Below, piece by piece: positions 51,039-62,092 of a stretch of 64,000 nucleotides of DNA (its first letter is position 1; each line of letters begins with the position of its first letter). Source of the DNA: Octopus sinensis (lineage: Eukaryota); contig NC_042999.1 of assembly GCF_006345805.1 (NCBI RefSeq), positions 4,960,001-5,024,000 on the forward strand, given 5' to 3'. The translations under genes and the position numbers were made by a program. The notes beneath the pieces were generated by a model that saw nothing but the letters and a program-made list of their open reading frames with translations, did not search any database and had not been told where the DNA came from.

Positions 51039-51548
51039 GAATATTGAAACGCGATGAACAATATTGAGCCTTTTGATGTCCATTTGCCTCAGAGTTGCTC
51101 TGCTCCAAACTCACTGTTTTAAATTGATCTTAATATGATCTTAATAAAATGACCTCAATAAAAACAATGTTAATAATACGTGATTTCAACCGAGAAGATC
51201 GCCATCAGTTGTCCCCTTCTGTGAAATTATTATCGTATCATATTTGGGACAGAAATGATATCAGCTCATCCATGAACATGCAGTGGAGGAAAAATAAGGG
51301 AAGTTTGAACAGGAACTGCTTTCTTTTAATTACATAGTATGATATAATATAATGTTTTCAAATTTTTAGCACAAGGCCAGCCATTTTGGAGGACAGGGTA
51401 AATTGATTATATGAACCCCAGTGTGCAACTGGTACTTATTTTATCAATCCTGAAAGGATGAAAAATAAACTTAATCTTGGTGGCATTTAAACTCAGAACA
51501 AACCTCAGATGGACAAAATACTACTAAGGCATTTCGCCTGGAATGCTA

Positions 51549-51812
<264 letters not shown>

Positions 51813-51886
51813 CTATATTTAAGAGATGAGGAATTATCTACATTATTTACATTTGACGGATATTTGCCCTCATCTTGTTTGTTGTT

Positions 51887-51932
51887 AACACAACATTTCG
51901 GCTGATATACTCTCCAGCCTTCATCAGGTGTC
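51887..51932 (-). ncRNA. Minimal type I hammerhead ribozyme motif (likely decayed)
   Basis: GACAC-CUGAUGA-A-GGCUG(10 nt)CAGCC-GAAA-UGUU-GUGUU: stems I and II pair; palindromic stem III has a C to U change. Confidence 0.6.
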
Positions 51933-51982
51933 TTGGGGAAATTTCGAACCTGGGTTCTCATTCCTAAGGTATTTTTCAATGT

Positions 51983-52089
51983 TGTTATTACTATTATTAT
52001 TATTATTATTATTATTCAGATCACTGCCTGGAATCGAACTTGGAATCTTGGGGTTAGTAGCCTGCACTTTTACCACTATGCCATATGCC
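51983..52089 (-). mobile_element. Short tRNA-derived SINE with (AAT)n tail
   Basis: A-box TGGCATAGTGG, B-box AGTTCGATTCC; no acceptor-stem pairing. Confidence 0.7.
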
Positions 52090-52696
52090 AGTGGGCAATT
52101 ATGGAGTGAATTTTAGGGCTTATAAATCTAATATTTTCCTATCCTTCCTTAATACCGGTTCCCAAATGCTACTCATATCTTCACTCGGTCTACTTAGGAG
52201 GTTGTTGTGTCCAAGCATATATGCTGCTTCTTTTAGTTTTCATATTTCATATTTTCAAGTGGTGTTCTCTGGATTGAAAAACACCTTAGGAATGAGAACC
52301 CAGTTTCGAAACTTCCACAAGACACCTGAAGAAGGCTGGAGACGTTGTGTTAACAATAAACAAAATGAGGACAAATATCCATCAAATGTAAATAATGTAG
52401 TTTTTCTTATGTCTTACTGTTTGAATTAATCTTTATGTAAAACACCCTTAAAACATTTCTATATTTAACAGATGAGGAATTATGTACATTATTTACATAA
52501 CGTTGTGTTAACAACAAACAAGATGAGGACAAATATCTGTCAAATGTTAATAATATAAATAATGTACCCTTAAAACATGCTTTTAAAGTAACAAACATAC
52601 TTTATGAAAAAAGATATTTGGTAGCTGGGTAAAGTATCTTTTAAAGAGTCACATGGAATGGAGAAAATGTCAAAGAGTAAAGATGAAGAAGATGAT

Positions 52697-53229
52697 ATTA
52701 ATCGTCTGGAAACCGTTCAGCGACGTGCAACCAAGAGAATACCCTCCATCAGGCATTTGCCATATTCTGAACGCCTTACTTCCCTGGGCATGGATACATT
52801 GAAACTCCGACATCTAGCAGCTGACTTGGCAGACACCCATAAAATTATTAACCATCTAACTAACAACTCTGAGCACCTTTTCAAACTCCATCTGTCTAAC
52901 ACCTGTGGACATGTTTACAAAGTCAGAAAACAGCACAGCTCCCATGACTTTCGGAAACATTTTTTCACGCTGAGAGTTGCTGAAGCATGGAACAAACTGC
53001 CGGCATCAGTTGTTAGTTGTCGGATCACTGCATCCTTCAAAACTTCCATGCTTCCTGAGATTCGCCAACACTACACCTGATTTTCTCCTCTCCATACACA
53101 CATCAAGCATGGATCTGACTCATACACTGTTCACTTACCAAACATTTGTACATTACTGCACATACTCTGACAAGTTGTGGTGCACCTGAGCACTGTATAC
53201 AATAATTCCATTATTATTATTATTATTAT
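52697..53229 (+). mobile_element. CR1-type LINE 3' fragment
   Basis: LETVQRRATK, YSERL, RKHFFTLRVAEAWNKLP, then a 3'UTR and (ATT)n tail. Confidence 0.85.
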
Positions 53230-53542
53230 GATTCATCTGCTGATTTTAATCACGCTGAAGCACAAGTTAGAATAGTTTGAAGAACAACATAAACGTGGAG
53301 TTCTTGTTGAAATATTTCAAAGACAATACACTAAAGAGATACATGGAGTTCTTGGAGGTAAACTCTGCCATTAAAATATCAGAGGAGTGTTTTAAGCCTT
53401 TTGATATCACTCTGCCTCAGAGTGTCCCTCAATCTCTGCTACAAATTTCAAAGGGGTCTAAATTAGAAACCTTTCATCAAAATTTCATTCCAATTTATGC
53501 TTCAACAAAGTTATTTTAGTAAATCCTTTGTTATTTTCAAGA

Positions 53543-53771
53543 TTAACCCTTTAGCTTTTAAACCAGCCATATCAGGCCAAAAGTATTCTGCCTGTTTTAT
53601 GTTCAAACTGGCCACATCTGGTCTCTTACACCAACCCTACAATATCGTTTTAAAAATTAACAGTTACCTCATCAAAATCTCATAGCTACAAGATAATGCA
53701 GGATTAGTTCAAAACAATGTGGATGAAGAAGCATGAATTTTGGTAGAATAATGTAAACACTAAAGGGTTAA
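53543..53771. mobile_element. piggyBac-type MITE family 2 nested in a family-1-like MITE (53392-53827); further copies at about 9344, 29777, 33180, 56060
   Basis: TTAA-CCCTTTAG...CTAAAGGG-TTAA. Confidence 0.8.
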
Positions 53772-53924
53772 AGGAAACAAAGGCAGTGTATTTCTACTGA
53801 AATATGGTAAAAAAAAAAGGGGGTTAAATAGGGGATGAAAAGATTCAACAAATTCTTCAAATAAGTTTTTAAAAAAAAAAAAAACAATTACAATAAATTT
53901 TTTTTAAATCTTGCAGATACTTAC

Positions 53925-53993
53925 CTGGCAACAAGGGACTTCAGTACTTTATTATGACGGCTAACAAAATCTATGAACGTTGGTGGTGTCAGC
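53925..53993 (-). CDS. HACE1: HACE1 exon (LTPPTFIDFVSRHNKVLKSLVA)
   Basis: cccag acceptor, GTAAGT donor, phases 2/2. Confidence 0.9.
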
Positions 53994-54716
53994 CTGGGAA
54001 AATATTGTACATTATTAAGTACACGTAGATGTGTGTCATAAATCAGAATAGTAATAATTCAATCAGTCCGTTCCCAAAAACAAATTTTACACCCATCGCA
54101 GAATAAAATTGTTATTTAATTTATGCACAATTACAAAAATGTTTTCATAATTTTAACTTTAAAATCAAATGATGCTGCATGTAGTTATAATCTGATTTTT
54201 GCACATAATAAATTTAAATTTTAATGTATATCATTAATATCCATTATAAAGGCATAAATTTCACAAACAGTTCATAAGTGAATTGTGCTCAGCAGCTCAT
54301 TGGCATTAAACATTATTAAGTGTAACTGTTACTTATTCAATTGACCCTGAAAGGATGAAAGGCAAAGTCAACCCCAGCAGAATTTGAACTCAGAATGGAC
54401 GAAATACCGCTAAGCATTTCACCCAGCATGCTTACGATTCTGCCAGCTCGCCACATCATCATCATCGTTTAATGTCCGTTCTCCATGCTGGCATGGGTTG
54501 GATGGTTCAACTGGGGTCTGGAAGCCATGGAGGCTGCACCAGGTTCCAGTCTGATCTGGCAGTGTTTCTACAGCTGGATGCCCTTCCTAACACCAACCAC
54601 TCCGTGAGTGTAGTGGGTGCTTTTTACGTGCCACCTTCTTAATAATAACGCCAATGATGACAATAATAATAATAATAATAATAATAATGATAATAATAAT
54701 AATAAGTGAAACTCAC

Positions 54717-55189
54717 GGTTTTGGTGTCAAACATGTACAACACTGATAGAAAGCCTGTATGACAGCACATATTCGGGGCACGGTGGCAGTGATAATGTCT
54801 TCATTTCTAACTGGCAGAGCCTTAATGTTAAGTGTTGTTGTACTGGAGTCATTTTCTGTCACAACTTCTTTACTTTCAGATCCTTCTTCTGGGACTTCTT
54901 CTTCACTCTGATTTGGGTCTTCGGTCAACGACGTTTCTCCTTCCTCTTCTTCTTCTTCTTCTTCCGTATTCTCGTTACAAGAATCTTCATTTACATTCTT
55001 TTCTGACGCTCCGTTATCATCCTGACCTTTGGACACCTCAACAGATTCGCCCACTTCTGCAGGTTTGACTTTTGTCCCCTCCCCCTGCATTTGTGGTCCT
55101 TCACCAGCCTGTTTTGTGCTAATGTTATTGAATTCTTCTTCCAGAAGATTCAGCCAGTCTCCAAGCAACTTCCATAAGACTTCTAATGG
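54717..55189 (-). CDS. HACE1: HACE1 exon (PLEVLWKLL...acidic loop...AVIQAFYQCCTCLTPK)
   Basis: ttgtag acceptor, GTGAGT donor, phases 0/2; contains ORF 54713-55168. Confidence 0.92.
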
Positions 55190-55448
55190 CTACAACAACG
55201 ACAGATAAATAGAAAGATGAAGAAGACGACCATGTAGAATGCACTGGAAATCACAATTGAAAAATCAAACCAAGGAACCGTAGTAACAGAAAAACTAAAA
55301 CACTGCCATTTCTACAATAAATATTTATTTAATCCTTTTGGTGCCAAACCTGTCTGAGCTTCACCCTGGTTCTATGAGACAAACTTTCTGTTTTAAAATG
55401 ATTTAAATTAAAACATTCCATCAAAATTCTATGTTAATTTATGTTTGA

Positions 55449-55812
55449 CTAGCACTATGACCCAGCAATGCCGGGTCATAGTGCTAGTGCATGCATATAC
55501 AGCTGTGTGCGTGCACACATACACGCGAGTACTGTCCAAATCTCCGACCAATCACATACAGCTAGCTGGCATTCAATTGGCCTATCAAGTTTTGCGTATT
55601 TTGATTGGGTTTTGGATAGAAAATTCGCAAAAAAGTCACTTCTATTGATTTTTTAATGGCTTTGCGGGGTGATTGGGGAAATGTAAAGATGTGCACGACC
55701 ACCCTTGGACGGTTTTGAATGACCATAGAAAGTGCGAGCCCTCTACCTGAAAAATTGTGGATTTGTATAAAGGACACACAGACAGACATTTTGCCGTTTA
55801 TATATAGAGAGA
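55449..55812 (-). mobile_element. Non-autonomous Helitron with palindromic 3' end
   Basis: A|TCTCTCTATATATAAA 5' end, CTAG|T 3' end, 16-bp perfect stem at 55448-55488. Confidence 0.75.
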
Positions 55813-56344
55813 TAATGACAAAATTATTTTAATAAATTCTTCACTATTTTCTAAATTAATTGAATCAAAATCAGCCTATTTCAACAGAAACATGGTAACA
55901 AAGCACCATTTTGAATTAATCCTGCATTATCTCAAAGCTTTGAGATTTCAATGATGTGACAGTTTATTTTTAGAACGACACTGTAGGACAGGGATGAGAA
56001 ACCAGATTTAGCCATATTGAACATAAAACAGAATATTTGGGGAGCAGTTATGGCTGGTTTAACCCTTTAGTGTTCAGATTACTCTGTTAAATGTAATAAT
56101 TTTTCACTCAAATTGTTTTTAATTAATCATGTATTATCTTACAGTTTTGAGGTTTCAACGATGTGATTGTTTATTTTTGAAGTGTCAATGTAAGTTAAGT
56201 GCGAGAGGCTAGATATGGCCAGTTTGAATATAAAACATGTAGAATATTTAGGCCAGATATGGCCAGTTTAAACACTAAAGGGTTAAATGCTAAAGGGTTG
56301 AGCAAACATAAATGTAGCAAAGAAAAAAAATATGTATAGCTTAC

Positions 56345-56513
56345 CATGAAGATTTTATTGGCTTTGAGGTTAGCAGCTGACGTACCATTCAAAGGGACTA
56401 AATTATGAGATTTGCTTTTGGTCTTTGTAGTGTAAACTTGTTGATAAAGTTTACACAAAAAATTGATACATCTTAATAAGCACTGTACTTCAGATTCTAG
56501 AGAACTCGAAACA
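56345..56513 (-). CDS. HACE1: HACE1 exon (VSSSLESEVQCLLRC...NKIFM)
   Basis: ccatag acceptor, GTAAGC donor, phases 2/0. Confidence 0.85.
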
Positions 56514-57637
56514 CTATGGTAAAAAAAAAAATAAAGGCAATGTACAACTCAACAATTATCTTGATTTGAAGATAGGAGCTGAAAGAGAATTTCAATCCGT
56601 TACTGGCAAAAAGCCTGATATTTTTTAGTTAAAAATTTACATATATTTTCAGCAATTCAAATAGAAGCATCAACCACAATACCTATTTCTTTACTACCCT
56701 CAAGGGGCTAAACACAGAGAGGAAAAACAAGGACAGACAAATGGATCAAGTCAATTATATCGACCCCAGTGCATTACTGGTACTTATTTAATCGACCCCG
56801 AAAGGATGAAAGGCAAAGTCGACCTTGGCGTAATTTGAACTCAGAACGTAATGGCAGACTAAATACGGCTACGCATTTCACCTGGCGTGCTAACGTTTCT
56901 ACCATCAACCATAATACCGCCAAGGTATTATATAAGAAAGAAGCACAAGTTACAAGAGTCAATGGGACATGTTTTGGTTGAGGGAGTCATTTGCCTGAGT
57001 CAGGGATTCAAATCTTAGCACTGAAATCCAAGCAAAATAGATTGCTCAACATTTCTTGACATTTGCTTTGGTTCAATTAACGCAAATACAAGAACCAGCG
57101 TGTAGAAGGACCAGGGTTGCTGAACGTCAAAATAAATGCAGTTTTGTTGTATAAATTTTCGTCCATTTATAAACACTTGGGTGTATATTTAACACCATTC
57201 TGCATCACACAAGAGACGATTCTTCCCCTGGTTAGAGTGATAGTCAACTGCAGGCAACATTCCCAAACGATCAAGTATCCGTTCTTGACAGACAGATGAG
57301 ATGAAGCAATGTAGAATGATGTGTCCTGCAGTGGATTTCAGCGCACAAGTTATGAGCAAGCACAGAGAGAGAGAGTGTGTGTGTGCGTGCATGCATGCAT
57401 GTGTGTGTGTGTGTGTGCATGCATGCATGTGTGTGTGTGTGTGTGTTTGTATCTCCTTGTCATGACATCACATGACAGTCGTAAATGAGCATCAGTCATA
57501 CAAGCAGTTCTTCATTTGCAGCATTTTGCAAGTACATGTGTGGCCATGGAGAAATATTACCCTACATGGAAACATGTAAGGGACAGCAAAACTCCATCTG
57601 ACCCATGGAAACACAGAAAAAAAAATGAACGTTAAAA

Positions 57638-57668
<31 letters not shown>

Positions 57669-59130
57669 CAATGATGAGCTGGAGGTTGATGAGCAAGGCT
57701 AAACATAACCAGTGATTGTATGTCTGACACCCCTCGTACCAGACTGTCTGAGACTGAAGTGAAGTCTAATGTGTTGGGTATACTTGACATATGAATTGCT
57801 GTTAAGTAAATGAACAGCTACTTCTATGCACTCAACTCAAACAAAGGTAATGAGAGTTATTCAAAGCCAGCGCTGCCTGACTGGCATCTGAGTCGGTGAC
57901 ACGTAAGAGCACCAACCAATCGTGGCCATTTGGCAGCCTCCTTTGGCCCCTGTGCCAGTGGCACGTAAAAAGCACTCACTACACTCATGGAGTGATTGGC
58001 GTTACAAAGGGCATCCAGCCGTAGAAACTCTGCCAGATCAGACTGGAGCCTGATGCAACCTCCTGGCTTCCCAGACCCTGGTTGAACCATCCAACCCATG
58101 CTAGCATGGAAAATGGACATTAAACGATGATGATGAGTACAGTATATTAAACAACCACTTCATATATAATTGTTAATACAAGGAAGTCATGAAGCTCCAA
58201 CAATTCACATATAATATCAAAATTTATAAAAAGAAAAGCAAAACTAAGTCTGATGAAGACTATGCTTCACTGAAAAGGTCCTAATGAGACTGAAACATGT
58301 CGTGAGTTACCTTCTGTGTTTGCCAAAATAATCAACTAATATAATTAGCAGTGTATCTCCTTTTATCTCTCTGTTTGTCCATACCCATGAAATGTGCATC
58401 AAAGGCAAATAGCAGTTATATTTTCACTCGCTCTCTCTCTATTCTAAAACACTGACAGGTTATTTAAGTCAGCTGAACACTGAGAAGAGATTTACACTAT
58501 AAGTTTCATTGTGTATTACCAGCATCCTCATTGTTTTAATGTCCATTTTCCTATGTTTCCATAGGTTGTACAGAGACTATCGAGGTGGATTCCCTATGGC
58601 TGGATACCCTTCCACTTTAGCTGTTTCCAAGTAAGGTAATATTTCCCCATGACCAGATATGTTTTCACAGAAGGTTGGAAACAATGGCCACCACTGGCAT
58701 AACAATGATATTCGTTTACAACTATCATGTGATGGCAAAGAGACAGCAACATACACATGTGCACACATATGAACACACGCAAATATATATATATGTATAT
58801 ATATACAATCATCATCATCATCATCAGTTAATGTCCGTTGTCCATGCTGGCATGGATTGGACGGTTTGACCAGGCTGGCATGCTGGAAGGTTGCACTAGA
58901 CTCCAATCTGATTTGGCATGGTTTTCTACAGCTGGATGCCCTTCTTAATGCTGAGTCTTTTCCCATCTAACTCTGATGATGGTTTAACTGGCCAAAATTT
59001 CGAAGTCACTGTCACTGATATTCTTGTTTAACAATAATAAATTTATACTCTGCAAGAGTACAAAATAACTCATCAGATTAATGTCAAATTGTTTTTATTA
59101 TTATAACTGAACATAAAAACAAATATTAAC

Positions 59131-59182
<52 letters not shown>

Positions 59183-59184
59183 CA

Positions 59185-59936
59185 CAAGCAAAACACCCCC
59201 GTCCAATGGACGGTGCTGAGTTGTCAAACATTTAAACCAAATTTTCTCAAAACAACTTGTCTGACCGTCCCATAGGCCTCCCCTTTGAGAAACACTGATT
59301 TAACCTAAATTTGAGACACCAACAAAAGAAGAAATAAAGATAGACTTTTTTCTATTCCAAAGAAAAACGATTTTATTCACACAAATATGCAACTGAAGAG
59401 TTTAAAGTACCAGAAATGATAAGGCTGTTGACTGGGAGAACACAAACATGGTTTAAACAGTTCTTTTCATTAAAAATTAATTAAGCATGCCTTTATTTCA
59501 ATAAAATTTTTGGTTTTGTTAAACGTAGTTAAGGCAAAAAAAAACTTCTTGAGAAACCAAATAGTCTTTCCTTCCTTCATGGCAAGTTTGAAGGAAATAT
59601 CTTCTTTTGCATCCTACTTTTTTGGTCTCTTAAATATTCTGCATTTTGTGGCATTATTTCAAGCCTGCCAACTTTTTTTGCGCAAACTGCACGTGCATTT
59701 TTCTCGCGTACGTGTAGTATCGATTGCAACAGGTAATGTACTTCTATGTACAAATGCACGTTCCCATGGCTTTATCAATCGCATTCTCACCTGGAATCGA
59801 TTTTTGTCATTTTTTCAAGACTTATACACGCCCTGATACTGTTGATATCTACATATCAAATTTGAGTGCAATCGGATGGAGGATGCCCGAGATCCTAGAA
59901 GACACACAGACAGACAGACAGAACGGATTTTATGTA

Positions 59937-59960
<24 letters not shown>
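59185..59960 (-). mobile_element. Helitron-like non-autonomous element
   Basis: CTTG|T end with CCGTCCA-A-TGGACGG hairpin (59199-59213); GTCT repeats near the TA-rich 5' end. Confidence 0.45.
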
Positions 59961-59994
<34 letters not shown>

Positions 59995-60190
59995 CACACA
60001 GAATATGCTTCTTTCAGTTTTTGTATACAAAACCCACTCACAAGGTATTGTTGGGGCTAAAGTAGAAGATGCCTTCCCAAGGTGCTGTACCGTAGGTCTG
60101 AACCAGAAACCACATGGTTGGGAAGGAAGTTTCTTAACCACACAGCCATACCTGCACACCATACAGTGTTATATATAAAATGTAACTTAC

Positions 60191-60300
60191 CTGAATAACT
60201 TCTGTCCGATACTAAAAGCTTGTTCAGCAAGGCCTATCAATATTCTATCAGCCGTTTCTTTACTCTGATGCTGACACAGGTGAGACAAGACACGGTAGAG
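60191..60300 (-). CDS. HACE1: HACE1 exon (LYRVLSHLCQHQ...GQKLFS)
   Basis: ctgtag acceptor, GTAAGT donor, phases 0/2. Confidence 0.85.
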
Positions 60301-61099
60301 CTACAGGCAGACAAATTAAAAAAACAAATGACATAGATAATTAATTAACAATATAATTAACAATATAAAATTCTGGATCGGTTTGAGTCTCTACTGTAAA
60401 TTTTGCATAAGAAACAAAAACAAAGTAAAAAAAGTAGTGTACTGTGAGAATGTTTTGACTTTTTTGTACTATAAACGCAAGCCATTCTCTCTAAAACAAT
60501 TTCCAGTACATTTCTGGGCCCTGGAACCTTGAAAACTGCAGAATGTTGTGGTTTAGCTTATTAGCACAGAAAAGGAAATAACTGGGCATTGATGGAACGG
60601 AGACAATTATTGATGAAGGTTTTGTGAGAAAGGTTCATCATCATCATCATCGTTTAACGTCCGCTTTCCATGCTAGCATGGGTTGGACGGTTCAACCGGG
60701 GTCTGGGAAGCCAGAAGGCTGCACCAGGCTCCAGTCAGATCTGGCAGTGTTTCTACAGCTGGATGCCCTTCCTAACGCCAACCACTCCGTGAGTGTAGTG
60801 GGTGCTTTTTTATGTGCCACCGACACAGGTGCCAGACGAGGCTGGCGAAACGGCCACGCTTGGATGGTGTTTTTTTTGTGCCACCGGCATGGAGGCCAGG
60901 TGGGGCTGGCACGGCCACGATCGGATGGTGTTTGTTACGTGCCCACAGCATGGAGGCCAAAAAGGGTTGAAAGTAAAAAAGACAGTGAGAAGGGATATTC
61001 AGAAAGATGAGAGTAAAACAGAGACAGTTAGAAGATATTACTGACTGGAAGTGAAAAAATAAACAACAAGAGAGATGAAAGAAGGAAGTGGGGGAGGAA

Positions 61100-61360
61100 T
61101 CGGTGGAATGGTTGGTGAGGTGGTATGGGCATGTGTTTAGGAGGGATTTGCATTTGAGGTAAATGGAATGCGAAAGCGAGGTAGACCAAGGAACAGGTGG
61201 AGGAGGAGGAGATTGATAGGGTTGGTTTGAAAAAGGAGGATGCCTAAAACTGGGCAAGATGGTGAGATGGTGTGAGGGTGGTTGCTATGGCATCGAGGTA
61301 GATCCAGCCACCACCGTTAACAGGGACCAAACCCGGATTTAAAACACTGGATGACGATGT
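61100..61360 (+). mobile_element. RTE-clade LINE 3' end (another family), degraded
   Basis: EVNGMRKRGRPRNRW-like residues, 3'UTR and GATGACGATG tail. Confidence 0.55.
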
Positions 61361-62027
61361 CCCTAGAGCAGTAGAAGAATGTTATTTTCACAGACAAGTC
61401 ATCCTTTAACTTATTCCGACCACTGGCTGAGTATACGTGTGGAGAGAGCCAAAAGAAGCATTTGACCCAGACTGCCTTCTTCCAGCTGTTAAACATGGAC
61501 GAGGAACTGTGATGATCGGGGGAGGAGGGCTATATCTTGGAAATCTGCCGCCCCAATGGTTTCCCTTCATGGCAGAATTAATAGTCAAGACTATTTAAGC
61601 ATTTTATCTGATCAAATTCATCCTATGGTTGTGGAACTGTTTCCGGAGAGAAACGCAATCTTTCAGGATGATAATGCACCAATTCACATGGCTAAAGTTG
61701 TTACTGAATGGCACGAGGAACATTCTAGTGAAGTTGAACATCTTATCTGGCCACCACAGTCCCCAGATCTCAATATTATTGAACATTTATGGTGCATTTT
61801 AGAAAAACAAGTAAGGATTCGATATCCTCCACCATCATCACTACAAGAACAGGAGTCTGTTTTAGCTGAAGAATAGACAAAAATTCCTTTGGAAACAATT
61901 CAAACTTTGTACGAATCCATACCTTGTAGAATTCAAGCTGCAATTACTGCCAAAGGTGGTCCTACATCATATCAAAATAAATTCATTTGAAATTTTAAGG
62001 TGTTTCCATTATTTTGTTCAACCCCTG
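61361..62027 (+). mobile_element. Tc1-like transposon 3' half, DD36E transposase pseudogene
   Basis: VIFTDKS, FQDDNAPIH, WPPQSPDLNIIE, AKGGPT; TGG to TAG stop at 61874; right TIR ends CCCCTG|TA. Confidence 0.9.
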
Positions 62028-62092
62028 TATATATAAATACATAATCTGTGTGTGTGTGCATGCGTGCGTGCTTGTGTAATATATGTAAAATT

